Positions 45,821 to 55,315 of a stretch of 64,000 bases of DNA are shown here, one piece after another. Positions within the stretch are counted from its first letter, which is position 1. Each line of letters opens with the position of its first letter. The translations under genes and the position numbers were made by a program. The notes beneath the pieces were generated by a model. The model did no database searches. It was not told where the DNA came from and saw only the letters and a list, made by a program, of their open reading frames with translations. The DNA is from Micrococcales bacterium (lineage in GTDB: Bacteria; Actinomycetota; Actinomycetes; Actinomycetales; Microbacteriaceae), in NCBI GenBank assembly GCA_046063415.1, contig JBJTMG010000088.1, positions 2,608 to 66,607 on the forward strand, written 5' to 3'.

Positions 45821-46239
45821 AAAAGTTTGTGACCAAAAGCAGCAAGCAGAACTGCAGCAATCAGTGCTGCAAAAAACAGGCTCAGGTTGCTCTTGTAGGT
45901 GTACTTGAACTCGCCGCGAATGATGTGCATGGCAGCTGCCACAAGCATGGTTAGGGCTAGGCCTGCGGCTGCTAGGACTCCCCACACCTGAGCCCAGGCA
46001 AACCCAAGGAACTCGCTAGCGATTGGTGCAAGGATGATGCCAACTGCACCAAGCAACTCAAGGGCGGCGATTAGGCGAACGATTCCCATTGGAAGGTTCT
46101 TTACCCAGCCAAAGCCGGCACCCAGCAGGGTTTCCTTGCTTGCGGTCAGCTTGAACTTGCCGGCCTTGTAAAAACCGATAGCAACGAAAATTGAAAGCGC
46201 CCAGGCGATAACCACGCCGATGACCTGCAAAATGTCCAT
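45817..46239 (-). CDS. DoxX-family membrane protein
   Basis: 140 aa with 4 TM segments and a typical DoxX size and topology (..GIVRLIAALELLGAVGIILAP..). Its stop codon overlaps the stop of the convergent ECF S gene. Confidence 0.7.
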   Translation of the reverse strand: MDILQVIGVVIAWALSIFVAIGFYKAGKFKLTASKETLLGAGFGWVKNLPMGIVRLIAALELLGAVGIILAPIASEFLGFAWAQVWGVLAAAGLALTMLVAAAMHIIRGEFKYTYKSNLSLFFAALIAAVLLAAFGHKLF

Positions 46240-46306
46240 GAAATGTCTCTTCTCTAAGTTGTTGTGTTTTGGGCCCTGCGGGCTTACTCTTGTTAGTAAA
46301 GCACGG

Positions 46307-46336
46307 CTTGACTTATTAAGTCAAGTAGGACTTGAC
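46307..46336. promoter_or_regulatory. Palindromic operator candidate plus a third half-site, in the divergent DoxX / HTH-gene promoter region
   Basis: CTTGACTTA-t-TAAGTCAAG is a perfect 9-1-9 inverted repeat (46307-46325). An extra ACTTGAC lies at 46330-46336, about 20 nt before the HTH gene start. Confidence 0.6.
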
Positions 46337-46356
46337 AAAAATTCGAGGTGAACTGC

Positions 46357-46752
46357 GTGGAGATCAAAGCCCAGTGCGAACGTCAGGAAGACGGTTGGCT
46401 AATTACCGTGCCACAGTTGGACAACTTCCAGACTTCCTCTAAACGCCTTGACAAAGCCAGCGCCTTGATCCAGGCACTTGCAAACAAGCAGCTTGGGGAA
46501 CCAATCTGCGACATCGTGGTCACAATCGAGGCTGTTATGCCCGGAATCATCTGTGACATTGAAAAGGCTCAGGGAAAAATGACTGAGGCCGCAAAACTCC
46601 AAGAGGAAGCTTCGCTAGAAATTCGCGATGTTGTGAGGCGAATGCGCGAGCAGGGTTTGACTATGCGTGATATCGCCGTGCTGCTGGGCGTAACCCCGCA
46701 GCGTGTCGCTCAGCTCACGGGTGCGCCACCCTGCCCCACCGACAACGTTTAG
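46357..46752 (+). CDS. HicB-like N-terminal domain fused to a C-terminal helix-turn-helix; no toxin partner seen
   Basis: GAGGTG lies 6 nt before the GTG at 46357; the track start is 46348. EDGWLITVPQLDNFQTSSKRLDKASALIQALA resembles the HicB antitoxin fold, and GLTMRDIAVLLGVTPQRVAQL is an HTH. Confidence 0.55.
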   Translation: MEIKAQCERQEDGWLITVPQLDNFQTSSKRLDKASALIQALANKQLGEPICDIVVTIEAVMPGIICDIEKAQGKMTEAAKLQEEASLEIRDVVRRMREQGLTMRDIAVLLGVTPQRVAQLTGAPPCPTDNV

Positions 46753-47393
46753 CCGTTAACTTTCCACTCCGGCAGGCGCCAGTTCATGACTATTGCAGCT
46801 AGTCGGAACGCAATTATTAGCAGCGCGGTGCAGAGCACTGACCAAAACGAAGACAGTCCCAAAGCGTTGAATATCACAACGAACCAGGACCCTAGCAACA
46901 CCACAATGGCGTTCGGTTGGTGATCGCTAAAAGCTGCTGGAATCTCGTTTAAAGCAATGTCCCTAAGCACTCCCCCAAAAACTGCGGTAATTGCACCCAT
47001 AACGACTGCCACGATAGCCGGCATGCCATGTTCAAGGGCTATTTGGGTGCCGCTCGCCCCGAAAATGCCCAAACCAATGGCATCTGGCCAAAGCACCGCG
47101 CGCTCGGTGAACTCAATGTGCTTAGATCTCACAAACAGCAGAGCCACAACACATAGGACAATGATTGCGTAGATCCAACCCAGGTTCTTAACCCAATAGA
47201 ACGGGCGAATATCCAAGAGGATGTCCCTTAGAGTGCCGCCACCAAAAGCCGCAAACGCCGCCACCATGGCCATGCCTACGATATCGAGTTTCTTTCGCGC
47301 CGCACCAACCAAACCAGACAAGGCATAAGCGAGAATCCCGATAGCCTCGAAAACAACCCCGCCGTTGGATACCCACCACTCGACTAAGTTCAC
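46749..47393 (-). CDS. Trimeric intracellular cation channel-like protein (UPF0126/YadS family)
   Basis: 214 aa with 7 TM segments and the duplicated GGGTLRDILL / GGVLRDIAL motifs. Confidence 0.8.
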   Translation of the reverse strand: MNLVEWWVSNGGVVFEAIGILAYALSGLVGAARKKLDIVGMAMVAAFAAFGGGTLRDILLDIRPFYWVKNLGWIYAIIVLCVVALLFVRSKHIEFTERAVLWPDAIGLGIFGASGTQIALEHGMPAIVAVVMGAITAVFGGVLRDIALNEIPAAFSDHQPNAIVVLLGSWFVVIFNALGLSSFWSVLCTALLIIAFRLAAIVMNWRLPEWKVNG

Positions 47394-47463
47394 AAGTGCA
47401 CCATTTCCTCTTTAGTTGGTTTTCCTTGGAAACATTTGGTGAGATGCTGCAAGGCGTAGCCGA

Positions 47464-48012
47464 TTAAAACTCGATTTTCTCCAATGGAACTGCTTTGGCA
47501 GTTCTACCGGGAAGCTGATACGAGTAAAAGTTGCCATTCTGCTCGTCAATCACTCGAGCGGCGTCCACGACTAGCCCGTTCCATTCCCAACCCGTGGTCG
47601 TGTGGGCATCTGAAATCAGTGTGACATCGTAACCGCGCTCGAGCGCCGTGTGAGAGGTGTGCCTGAGGCAGTTGTTTGATTCGGCTCCGCAGACTAACAA
47701 ATGACCAACATTCGCCTGGGCCAAAACCTCCTCAAGGTTGGTGTCCTCAAATGACGAGCGGTAGATTTTGCGGATGATTTGTTCCTCCGGTTTGGGCTCC
47801 AGTTCGGGAACGATTTGCCAGCCATCGCTGTCAATAGGCATCTCTTCCTCGGAGTGTTGCACCCAGATCACTGGAACGCCAGCGCTGCGCGCTTGGGTAA
47901 CGGCATCGCGAATAGTTGCAACAACCTGATCCCGTTTGTATGCCTCCGCAACTACGCCAACTTGAACATCGATGACGAGTAGTGCCGACTGTGAGCGATT
48001 AAGAGTAGTCAT
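47464..48012 (-). CDS. Isochorismatase-family cysteine hydrolase
   Basis: 182 aa. ALLVIDVQVG has the N-terminal Asp, and LLVCGAESNNCLRHT carries the catalytic Cys. Confidence 0.8.
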   Translation of the reverse strand: MTTLNRSQSALLVIDVQVGVVAEAYKRDQVVATIRDAVTQARSAGVPVIWVQHSEEEMPIDSDGWQIVPELEPKPEEQIIRKIYRSSFEDTNLEEVLAQANVGHLLVCGAESNNCLRHTSHTALERGYDVTLISDAHTTTGWEWNGLVVDAARVIDEQNGNFYSYQLPGRTAKAVPLEKIEF

Positions 48013-48050
48013 GACTACGAGCCTACCGCCGAGGCGACAAACTCAAACCT

Positions 48051-48347
48051 CTACTGGGCATCCTGGTCGTGGTAGCTACCCTGCCCGTACTGGGTGTCTG
48101 GATAAGGGGTATTTGGCGAGTAGCCGCGGGATCCTGAGTGCATATCCCCCTCATTCATGCTCACGCGAGCTGTACTTGGTTTTCTATTGGCTTTAGTCTC
48201 GTCACCAAATTGAATTTTGGAACTCGACCTGTTCAAACCAAACAATCTGGCCAACCACTTGAGCACGAGCCCTCCCCTTTTTGAACGTCGCGACAACTCT
48301 CGCTTCAACCACAGACATTCTTTGCTCAAATGGCCCTTAAACGACAA
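48051..48347 (-). CDS. Hypothetical protein; a doubtful ORF with a basic N-terminus and a Tyr/Gln/Asp-rich tail
   Basis: It is the only ORF filling the gap downstream of tmRNA. Its TTG start lies inside the tmRNA terminator hairpin and I recognise no motifs. Confidence 0.25.
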   Translation of the reverse strand: MSFKGHLSKECLWLKRELSRRSKRGGLVLKWLARLFGLNRSSSKIQFGDETKANRKPSTARVSMNEGDMHSGSRGYSPNTPYPDTQYGQGSYHDQDAQ

Positions 48348-48380
48348 GACCCCCGAAGCTACGGAGGTCTTGTTTTGGTT

Positions 48381-48752
48381 GTGGAGATGGGGGGAATTGA
48401 ACCCCCGTCCAGAGCTTAGAAGCTGGGTCTTCTACGTGCGTAGTTTTACTAATGTTCTACTCGGCCCCGGTCATAGCGTAAAACGACCTAACCGACGGGC
48501 CCAGCCTGAGTAAAAGTCCCAAGTAGCCCTAAGGCGTAACTACTGAGCAAGATTTCTAAATGACGCCAGGGTCTGCCACGAAATCAAAGACAGTCTGACG
48601 GACTTCGGGCTAGTTGCGCTTAGGCAGCTAGGGCAAAGTCAGTGCGATTAGCATCAGCACTTATTTTTTGCAGCGGACATTTACGAGTTGACGCTACATT
48701 CTCGGCACGCTTCATCCAGCATCAATAAACACTGTCGAAACCGATCATCCCC
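48381..48752 (-). ncRNA. ssrA: tmRNA (SsrA)
   Basis: On the minus strand the 5' end reads GGGGATGATCGGTTTCGACAG and the 3' end reads GGACGGGGGTTCAATTCCCCCCATCTCCA. The internal tag frame GCT GAT GCT AAT CGC ACT GAC TTT GCC CTA GCT GCC TAA (48658-48620) encodes ADANRTDFALAA*. It lies next to smpB. Confidence 0.95.
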
Positions 48753-48870
48753 ATATTTAGTTACCAAACTCAATTTCTTGAGCCCTCTAAGAGTAAGTCA
48801 ACTGTGCGACATTTGCCAGCGCAGCCACCTGTGAGGTTTCTGTGAACTCTGGGTCTAAGAGAAGCCGAGC

Positions 48871-49422
48871 CTAAAGTTCAAGCTCGACAATTTGCTGGCC
48901 GTTGGAGATCAAGGGACCTTCAACGAAACCGGCTTTGAGGTACATGGCTTTGGGCCCGTGGTAGTTGCGTTCTTGGTCGTCTGAGTCAGCCATTGGAGCC
49001 GCTTGGATTCTCACAAAACCCTTTGAGCGCAAGTCATCGATGGCGAATCTCAATAATGCCGTTGCAACTCCCCTGCCCCGGTACTCCGGATCAATCACGA
49101 AGCACGGGATTCGGGCCATACCCGCATCCTCCGGAGGAAGTAATCGGTACTGATTGGCCGAACCAGCCGCGCACCAGCCCACAGCCTTCTCTTCATCAAA
49201 GGCTAGATACCCACTGAATGTGCCCGCGGAAAGCCGGTCACATGCTGCTTGACGATTTGTTGGCGCTTGATCTGGCGAAGATGCAGCAGTGCCTGGCTCT
49301 CCAAGATAAAACTGGCAGTAGCATCCAGACCACTGAGGGGTCTTGGCGAAGGCGCGATTGTCAAAGAGATCGAGGTATGCGTCAAGGTGCGATGCGCTTA
49401 GGGTTTCTATTCTCCAGGTCAA
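48871..49422 (-). CDS. GNAT-family N-acetyltransferase
   Basis: 183 aa. VIDPEYRGRGVATALL is the acetyl-CoA binding (Q/RxxGxG/A) motif. Confidence 0.8.
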   Translation of the reverse strand: MTWRIETLSASHLDAYLDLFDNRAFAKTPQWSGCYCQFYLGEPGTAASSPDQAPTNRQAACDRLSAGTFSGYLAFDEEKAVGWCAAGSANQYRLLPPEDAGMARIPCFVIDPEYRGRGVATALLRFAIDDLRSKGFVRIQAAPMADSDDQERNYHGPKAMYLKAGFVEGPLISNGQQIVELEL

Positions 49423-49425
49423 CTG

Positions 49426-49899
49426 CTACCACTCTCGGCCACGAGTGGCAACTGCACGGGCGGCCTCACGGGTGTCTTGCTGCTCTTTGAGCGTCTGACG
49501 CTTGTCGTATTCCTTCTTACCGCGAGCCAAAGCTATTTCAACCTTTGCCTTGCCGTCCTTGAAGTAGATGGAAAGCGGAATCAAGGTGTAACCGGATTCT
49601 TTAATTTCTCGGGCCAGCTTGTTGATTTCCATGCGGTTGAGCAGGAGTTTTCGCTTGCGGCGACTTGGAACGTTATTCCAGGTGCCTTGGCTGTATTCAG
49701 GAATGTGGACGTTCTCCATCCAGGCTTCACCGCCATCGATGCTGGCAAAGCCGTCTACCAACGAAGCACGACCGGCGCGCAACGACTTCACTTCAGTACC
49801 TGTCAGGACCAGTCCAGCCTCGTAGACATCTTCAATGTGATAGTCGTGACGCGCTTTTCGGTTGGTGGCAACAGCTTTCTGGCCACGTTCTCTAGGCAC
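49426..49899 (-). CDS. smpB: SsrA-binding protein SmpB
   Basis: GGAG lies 6 nt before the GTG at 49899. [31 protein letters not shown] is the SmpB signature. Confidence 0.95.
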   Translation of the reverse strand: MPRERGQKAVATNRKARHDYHIEDVYEAGLVLTGTEVKSLRAGRASLVDGFASIDGGEAWMENVHIPEYSQGTWNNVPSRRKRKLLLNRMEINKLAREIKESGYTLIPLSIYFKDGKAKVEIALARGKKEYDKRQTLKEQQDTREAARAVATRGREW

Positions 49900-49981
49900 G
49901 ATACACTCCAAGTCTCAGTTAACCCGTTTGGGTCAGCCCGCCAGTATAACAAACTGTCGCAGGTTTTAGAAAAGCCTATTT

Positions 49982-50896
49982 CTAAATCTTGAGGTATCTG
50001 CGGATAGCGGTCCCGGAGGCCAAACCAGCCAACAGAACACCTGCGCCGAGAAGTATCGGGATTATGGCCGATGCCTGTTGAACTGTAACGAAACTTGTAA
50101 ACGGTAAGTTCGTGGCTAGGTACCCCTGTACAAAGAACTGAACAATTGCAATGACTGCGCCAGAGGCCAAAAGGCTGCCAAAAGTGGCTGCAACTATGCC
50201 CTCCAAGATGAACGGCAACTGAATGTAAAAGTTACTGGCGCCGACTAGTCGCATGATGCCCAGCTCTCTTCGCCTTGACAACGCCGAGAGCCGAATCGTT
50301 GTAGAAATCAGCAGTGCCGCCGAGAGCAGCATGAGGGCCGCAATTCCAACGGCAGCAAGACTAGCCGCGTTCAGTACGGAGAAAATCTGATCCAAATAGC
50401 GGCGTTGGTCACGAACTTCCTCAACACCTGCTGTGCCGGTGAAACTTTCCGTGATGACTTCGCTCTGGGTTGGGTCTTTGAGTTTTATCCAAAAGGTTTC
50501 GTTTAGTTGATTCGCCGTCACGTACTTGGCGATGGAGTTGCCTTTGAACTGGGTTTGGAAATTCTCGAAGGCCTGTTTGTGGTCTTCGAAGTAGTAGCGC
50601 TCAATGTAGGGAGAAAGCAGCGATGAATCGAGCTTCTTGGTCACCGTGGCCTTCACGTCTTGGCTGGCCTCACCCTGGGGGCAAATGGTGCTTGGGCTGG
50701 TCTCGGTGCACAGGTATACCGCGACCTGCGCGCGGTCATACCAATACGACTTCATCGATGAGATCTGAAACTGAAGTAAGAGTGCCGCACCCACGAAGGT
50801 TAGGGACACCAGGGTAACCAAGACGATAGAGATGACCATTGAAAGGTTGCGGCGAAGCCCCTGGTACATTTCACCGATTACGAAACCAAACCGCAT
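49982..50896 (-). CDS. ftsX: Cell division ABC transporter permease FtsX
   Basis: 304 aa with one N-terminal TM, an extracellular domain and 3 C-terminal TM segments. It lies downstream of ftsE. Confidence 0.9.
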   Translation of the reverse strand: MRFGFVIGEMYQGLRRNLSMVISIVLVTLVSLTFVGAALLLQFQISSMKSYWYDRAQVAVYLCTETSPSTICPQGEASQDVKATVTKKLDSSLLSPYIERYYFEDHKQAFENFQTQFKGNSIAKYVTANQLNETFWIKLKDPTQSEVITESFTGTAGVEEVRDQRRYLDQIFSVLNAASLAAVGIAALMLLSAALLISTTIRLSALSRRRELGIMRLVGASNFYIQLPFILEGIVAATFGSLLASGAVIAIVQFFVQGYLATNLPFTSFVTVQQASAIIPILLGAGVLLAGLASGTAIRRYLKI

Positions 50897-50898
50897 TT

Positions 50899-51621
50899 TT
50901 AGAGCACCTCGGGATCGATAATCGCTACCGGTTCGGTTTTAGGCTCATACCCTGCGCCCCGCTGATCCCGGACAATCTTGCCCTGGTCCAGAACAATCAC
51001 TCGCTTACGCATTCTGTCTACAATGCCTCGATCGTGAGTGGCCATGACGATTGTGGTGCCAGCGGCGTTGATTCGCTCAAGCAAATGCATGATGTCCTGA
51101 CTAGTTGCAGGATCAAGGTTTCCTGTGGGCTCATCGGCCAGGAGAATAGCGGGTTTGTTAACAATGGCCCGGGCAAGCGCCACGCGCTGCTGCTCACCGC
51201 CCGAAAGCTCATTGGGAAGGTTGTCCTGTTTGTGACCTAGGCCGACAAGATTCAGTACATCGGGTACGGCGGAAGAAATAAATCCCTGGCTCTTTCCAAT
51301 TACCTCGAGGCTGAATGCCACGTTCTGGGCAACTGTTTTGTTGGGAAGCAGGCGAAAGTCTTGAAACACCATGCCAAGCTGTCGCCTAAAGTACGGCACT
51401 CGACGCCCCGGAATTGTCACTAGGTTCTCACCCAGGACAAAGACCGAGCCCGCATTTGGGGTATCTTCACGGAGTATTAGGCGCATCAAACTTGATTTCC
51501 CAGAGCCAGAGGCTCCAACTAGGAAAACGAAATCGCCCTTCTCAATTTCGAGCGAAACGTTCTCAAGCGCCGGTCTCGCCGCACCGCGGTAGTTCTTGAC
51601 GACGTTTTCGATGCGAATCAT
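50899..51621 (-). CDS. ftsE: Cell division ATP-binding protein FtsE
   Basis: 240 aa with [23 protein letters not shown] and [11 protein letters not shown]. Confidence 0.95.
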   Translation of the reverse strand: MIRIENVVKNYRGAARPALENVSLEIEKGDFVFLVGASGSGKSSLMRLILREDTPNAGSVFVLGENLVTIPGRRVPYFRRQLGMVFQDFRLLPNKTVAQNVAFSLEVIGKSQGFISSAVPDVLNLVGLGHKQDNLPNELSGGEQQRVALARAIVNKPAILLADEPTGNLDPATSQDIMHLLERINAAGTTIVMATHDRGIVDRMRKRVIVLDQGKIVRDQRGAGYEPKTEPVAIIDPEVL

Positions 51622-51640
51622 GGTTTTTTTAGCCTAGTTC

Positions 51641-52753
51641 CTAGGAAGCCGATTCGGCTTTCTTTCGCCACCTGATTCCCTCGGTAATGAATCCATCGAG
51701 GTCGCCGTCGAAGACAGCATCGGGGTTGTTTACTTCGTAATTGGTGCGCAGATCTTTGACCATTTGGTACGGAGCGAGCACGTAGGAACGCATCTGGTCA
51801 CCCCAGCTGGCAGTTGCGTCACCAGCAAGTTGCTTCTTCTGAGCTTCTTCTTCGCGTCGCTTGATTTCGAGCAACCGACTTGCAAGCACGCGAAGCGCTG
51901 AAGCCTTGTTTTGCGGTTGGCTCTTCTCGTTCTGGCAACTCACGACGATTCCCGATGGGAGGTGCGTGATACGAACCGCAGAGTCGGTGGTGTTGACTGA
52001 CTGCCCGCCGGGACCCGAGGACCTAAACACATCCACTCGAATGTCCGAATCCGGAATATCAATGGCATCGGTCTGCACAATCAGAGGAACGACTTCGACG
52101 GCCGCAAATGAAGTTTGCCTCTTACCAGCGGAGTTAAAGGGACTCATGCGCACTAGCCGATGAGTTCCGGCTTCAACCGAAAGGTTTCCGTAGGCAAAAG
52201 GTGCATCAATTTCAAAGGTTGCAGACTTGATGCCAGCACCCTCGGCATAGGAAATATCCAGGACGCTCTTTTGGTATCCGTGCTTCTCGGCGTACCTCAG
52301 GTACATACGCATTAGCATCTCGGCAAAGTCGGTGGCGTCATCGCCTCCCGCGCCGGCACGGATGGTTACAACCGCAGCTCTTTCGTCGTACTCGTTGTTG
52401 AGCAGGGTTTGCACTTCTAGCTCGCTCACCAACCTAGAGATTTCTTTGAGTTCTCGCACAGCCTCGGTTTGGGTCTGGGAATCAGACTCGGCGTTTGCCA
52501 TATCCACCAGCACTTCGAGGTCATCGATGCGACTTCTGACCTCTTTGAGGCGACGCAGTTTGGACTGCTTTTGAGAAAGGGAGCTAGTGATTTTCTGCCC
52601 TTGTTCGGGATCATCCCAAAGATTTGCGGAATTGGCTTTTTCTTCGAGTTCAGCTATTTCCGAGCTCAGCTTTTCAAGGTCTACAACAGCCTCGACGCTA
52701 TTCATGGTGTTGCGCAGGTCACGAAGTTCTGGGGATATGTCAAGGTCAGCCAT
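51641..52753 (-). CDS. prfB: Peptide chain release factor 2 (single ORF, no programmed frameshift)
   Basis: 370 aa with the SPF tripeptide (RMSPFNS) and GGQ ([16 protein letters not shown]). Confidence 0.95.
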   Translation of the reverse strand: MADLDISPELRDLRNTMNSVEAVVDLEKLSSEIAELEEKANSANLWDDPEQGQKITSSLSQKQSKLRRLKEVRSRIDDLEVLVDMANAESDSQTQTEAVRELKEISRLVSELEVQTLLNNEYDERAAVVTIRAGAGGDDATDFAEMLMRMYLRYAEKHGYQKSVLDISYAEGAGIKSATFEIDAPFAYGNLSVEAGTHRLVRMSPFNSAGKRQTSFAAVEVVPLIVQTDAIDIPDSDIRVDVFRSSGPGGQSVNTTDSAVRITHLPSGIVVSCQNEKSQPQNKASALRVLASRLLEIKRREEEAQKKQLAGDATASWGDQMRSYVLAPYQMVKDLRTNYEVNNPDAVFDGDLDGFITEGIRWRKKAESAS

Positions 52754-52808
52754 TTGGAACTAGTCTAGGCGAGCCAATCGAACAGACGGCTGGAGGTAGA
52801 TTTGAGGA

Positions 52809-53984
52809 GTGCAAAATGAATCCTTCAAAAAACGAAGCCTGATTCTGCCGGTATTTCTCCCCTCGATACTCTTCTCAACTGGTGAGGCGAGTCTTTTTCC
52901 AGTCTTGCCTGCAAACGCCACCTCCCTTGGTGCAGATCTACCCACCGCAGGTCTTATTTCTGGTCTTCTAATGATGGGTATGGTCTTCTTTGACCTTCCG
53001 GCCGCAACTTTGGTGCGGAGAACTGGCGAACGAAACGCCATGATTGGGGCGGCACTTGTCGCTTCTGCGGCCATTCTGTGTGCCTTTTTTGCCCGCGACT
53101 TGATCACGCTTGGGGTTTTTGTGTTTATCGGCGGTTCAACTACCGCGGTCTTCGGCCTCGCCCGCCACGGCTACATGGCAGACAATGTTCCTCTGTCGCA
53201 TCGAGCTAGGTCTCTTGCATTGTTGGGTGGCATGTTTCGTGGAGGCTATTTCATTGGCCCTGTGATTGGCTCACTCGTGGTCTTCCTGTCAGACACTCAA
53301 ACCGTGTACCTAGTAGCGGTTGTGTTTTGCACCGCCGCCGCGCTTTGCCTGATCTTCTTCACCAAGGCAGAGACTCGCGACACCCATACCGTAGGTACTG
53401 CCAGTTCTCCCTGGGCGGTCGCAAAGCGGGAATCTGGCAAGCTGGCAACGGTAGGACTGGCCGCAGCCATCTTGGCCGCTCTCAGAACCGCACGAACTAT
53501 AGGTCTCCCACTGTGGGGAATCTTTATTGGACTTCACCCAGGAACCACCTCACTGATAATTGGCGTGGCTGGGGCTGTTGACTTTGCTCTGTTCTATGCC
53601 TCCGGGCAAGTCATGGATCGGTTCGGTAGGCGTTGGGCTGCAATTCCAACACTCTTTGGCATGGCGGTAACCATGGCTGCACTACTTCTTGCAGACTCCG
53701 AAAGTTCGTTCTTTATTGCCGCCATTGCAATGTCACTTGCCAATGCCCTGGGTAGTGGGGTAATCATGGTTCTTGGAGCAGATCTTGCTCCCGCGGGCGA
53801 AACCAACGAGTTTCTGGCCGGATACCGACTCCTTGTCGACGTTGGTCAGGCCTCCACTCCCCCCATCATTTCAGCCATAACAGCGATGGCATCGTTGCCA
53901 CTTGCCATGGGAAGCATGTCGGTCTTGAGTCTGGTCGGTGCGGGGTTGCTGCTCAGGTACCTTCCGAGGTACGGGATCCGTTAG
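52809..53984 (+). CDS. MFS transporter
   Basis: 391 aa with about 12 TM segments and the loop motif ..VRRTGERNAM between TM2 and TM3. The start codon is uncertain. Confidence 0.75.
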   Translation: MQNESFKKRSLILPVFLPSILFSTGEASLFPVLPANATSLGADLPTAGLISGLLMMGMVFFDLPAATLVRRTGERNAMIGAALVASAAILCAFFARDLITLGVFVFIGGSTTAVFGLARHGYMADNVPLSHRARSLALLGGMFRGGYFIGPVIGSLVVFLSDTQTVYLVAVVFCTAAALCLIFFTKAETRDTHTVGTASSPWAVAKRESGKLATVGLAAAILAALRTARTIGLPLWGIFIGLHPGTTSLIIGVAGAVDFALFYASGQVMDRFGRRWAAIPTLFGMAVTMAALLLADSESSFFIAAIAMSLANALGSGVIMVLGADLAPAGETNEFLAGYRLLVDVGQASTPPIISAITAMASLPLAMGSMSVLSLVGAGLLLRYLPRYGIR

Positions 53985-53991
53985 TTGCCAA

Positions 53992-54423
53992 CTAAAAATT
54001 GTCAGAGGCCACGTTTTGGGCGGCTGTTGCCACGCAGACCTCGGCTAATGAGCTTGGCATCAGGGAAGTGACCAGCGAGTTCGCAAACCGTGAATCGGCA
54101 CACAGCTGCAAAACAATTTTCTGAGTATTTTGCAAGTGGAAGGCCGAAATTCTAGGTTTAAGCAAATCCAGGCTTCTGGGATCCTTTGCCATTTCCAAAA
54201 GGGTTGATGATGCGTACTTTCTCAGGGCTGGCTGGTTGGTTTCCAGTGCAGAATCGGACTTGAGTAAATCCGCTGTGTCCAGGGCAACAGCGTTGGCCAG
54301 GTTCCCCAACTGCCTTTGCTCTACTAGCGTTCCGGCCGCTTGTGCCAGCACCAAGGCCAGCGCAGAGCAAACGACAACGCCGAATAAACCCAACAGGCTC
54401 TGAGAACCTCTTTCTGATTTCAT
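53992..54423 (-). CDS. TadE-like pseudopilin (Rv3654c-type)
   Basis: 143 aa. The N-terminus ERGSQSLLGLFGVVVCSALALVL is a class-III-like leader plus hydrophobic helix. It is the last gene of the tad-like operon. Confidence 0.65.
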   Translation of the reverse strand: MKSERGSQSLLGLFGVVVCSALALVLAQAAGTLVEQRQLGNLANAVALDTADLLKSDSALETNQPALRKYASSTLLEMAKDPRSLDLLKPRISAFHLQNTQKIVLQLCADSRFANSLVTSLMPSSLAEVCVATAAQNVASDNF

Positions 54424-54779
54424 CGGGGCATTCTCCTAGTGTCGGTGGTTTCGATAGTGCCGATTTGGACCCGAACAGTGAATAACTGACCAGGATGGGG
54501 CAGCTCCGGGCTAACTTCCACGGAAACCCTCGAATCCGCACCCAATTCGTAGTTACTGGTCTGCTGAGCAACCAATTCTTGGATTCGGTCGAGGTTTGTT
54601 GGATCTTGGGCGATAACCCTGGCGACTTGAGACACAAGAGAGTTTGCCGCCAGTTGGACTCGTTGCTGCTGCATCGCTGGAAGTGCGATAGCAACAATGA
54701 CGATCTGGGCCAGCAGTCCAAGTACTACGAACTCAATGACTGCGCTTCCCCGATCTGAATGGCATCTATTGGTTTTCAT
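54420..54779 (-). CDS. TadE-family pilus assembly protein
   Basis: 119 aa with the DRGSAVIEFVVLGLL N-terminal motif. There is a 4-nt overlap with the downstream gene. Confidence 0.7.
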   Translation of the reverse strand: MKTNRCHSDRGSAVIEFVVLGLLAQIVIVAIALPAMQQQRVQLAANSLVSQVARVIAQDPTNLDRIQELVAQQTSNYELGADSRVSVEVSPELPHPGQLFTVRVQIGTIETTDTRRMPR

Positions 54780-55134
54780 GGATCGCCAAGCCTTGGGTGC
54801 TAAGTTCCCAAACTCCCAGAAGCAGATTCGGCGTCGAAACGGTAACTCTGGCTCGGGATAAAAGTCTGCCCGCGACTCTCAGAGTATCTACTTCTACATT
54901 TGATCTGACTTGCGGAATCGCCAGGTTCAACACCCTTTGACCCTGGGTTACACCTAGTTGTTCGGTGCCGTCTGCCAAGGCAGCTGTTTGTGCTGCCTCG
55001 GCGGCTGCATCAAGCGCCACGGTCTTGCAATAACTTGAGTACAAAACTTGGCTGGATACCAGGGTGAGGCCCAAAAGAGGTAGCCCGATTAAGAGGAACT
55101 CCAAGGGAGCCGAACCCCGCTCGTTAGAACGCAA
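54766..55134 (-). CDS. TadE-family pilus assembly protein
   Basis: 122 aa with the ERGSAPLEFLLIGLPLLGL N-terminal motif and a TTG start. Confidence 0.7.
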   Translation of the reverse strand: MRSNERGSAPLEFLLIGLPLLGLTLVSSQVLYSSYCKTVALDAAAEAAQTAALADGTEQLGVTQGQRVLNLAIPQVRSNVEVDTLRVAGRLLSRARVTVSTPNLLLGVWELSTQGLAIHENQ

Positions 55135-55303
55135 CTACCTTGCTCATTGCCTGGTTGAAGACGGTGCTTAGAGCAGGTGCCGCGAGGCTCCAGAGCAAGA
55201 CAACCATGGCGGCAGTCATTAGGGTGATGAGTACCCAGCCCGGGACATCTCCTCTTTCATCTGCAAGTTTTTCGCTTGTATTTACTTTGTTTTCGTGTGC
55301 CAT
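55124..55303 (-). CDS. Small hydrophobic pilin-like protein (59 aa, below the ORF-track cutoff)
   Basis: My translation is MAHENKVNTSEKLADERGDVPGWVLITLMTAAMVVLLWSLAAPALSTVFNQAMSKVVAF. AAGGAAG precedes the ATG, and the ORF overlaps the next gene by 11 nt. It occupies the flp position between tadC and the tadE-like genes. Confidence 0.6.
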   Translation of the reverse strand: MAHENKVNTSEKLADERGDVPGWVLITLMTAAMVVLLWSLAAPALSTVFNQAMSKVVAF

Positions 55304-55315
55304 TTCTCTTCCTTT

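Noticed and set aside
45817-48380. Genomic island integrated at the tmRNA 3' end (DoxX, HicB-like, TRIC and isochorismatase genes)
   Set aside because: No integrase, recombinase or phage genes are present. By eye I saw no direct repeat of the ssrA 3' end, and composition looks like the flanks. The genes are ordinary small chromosomal genes.
51641-52753. Programmed +1 frameshift site in prfB
   Set aside because: RF2 is encoded as one uninterrupted 370-aa ORF with no early in-frame TGA, so no frameshift is needed here.
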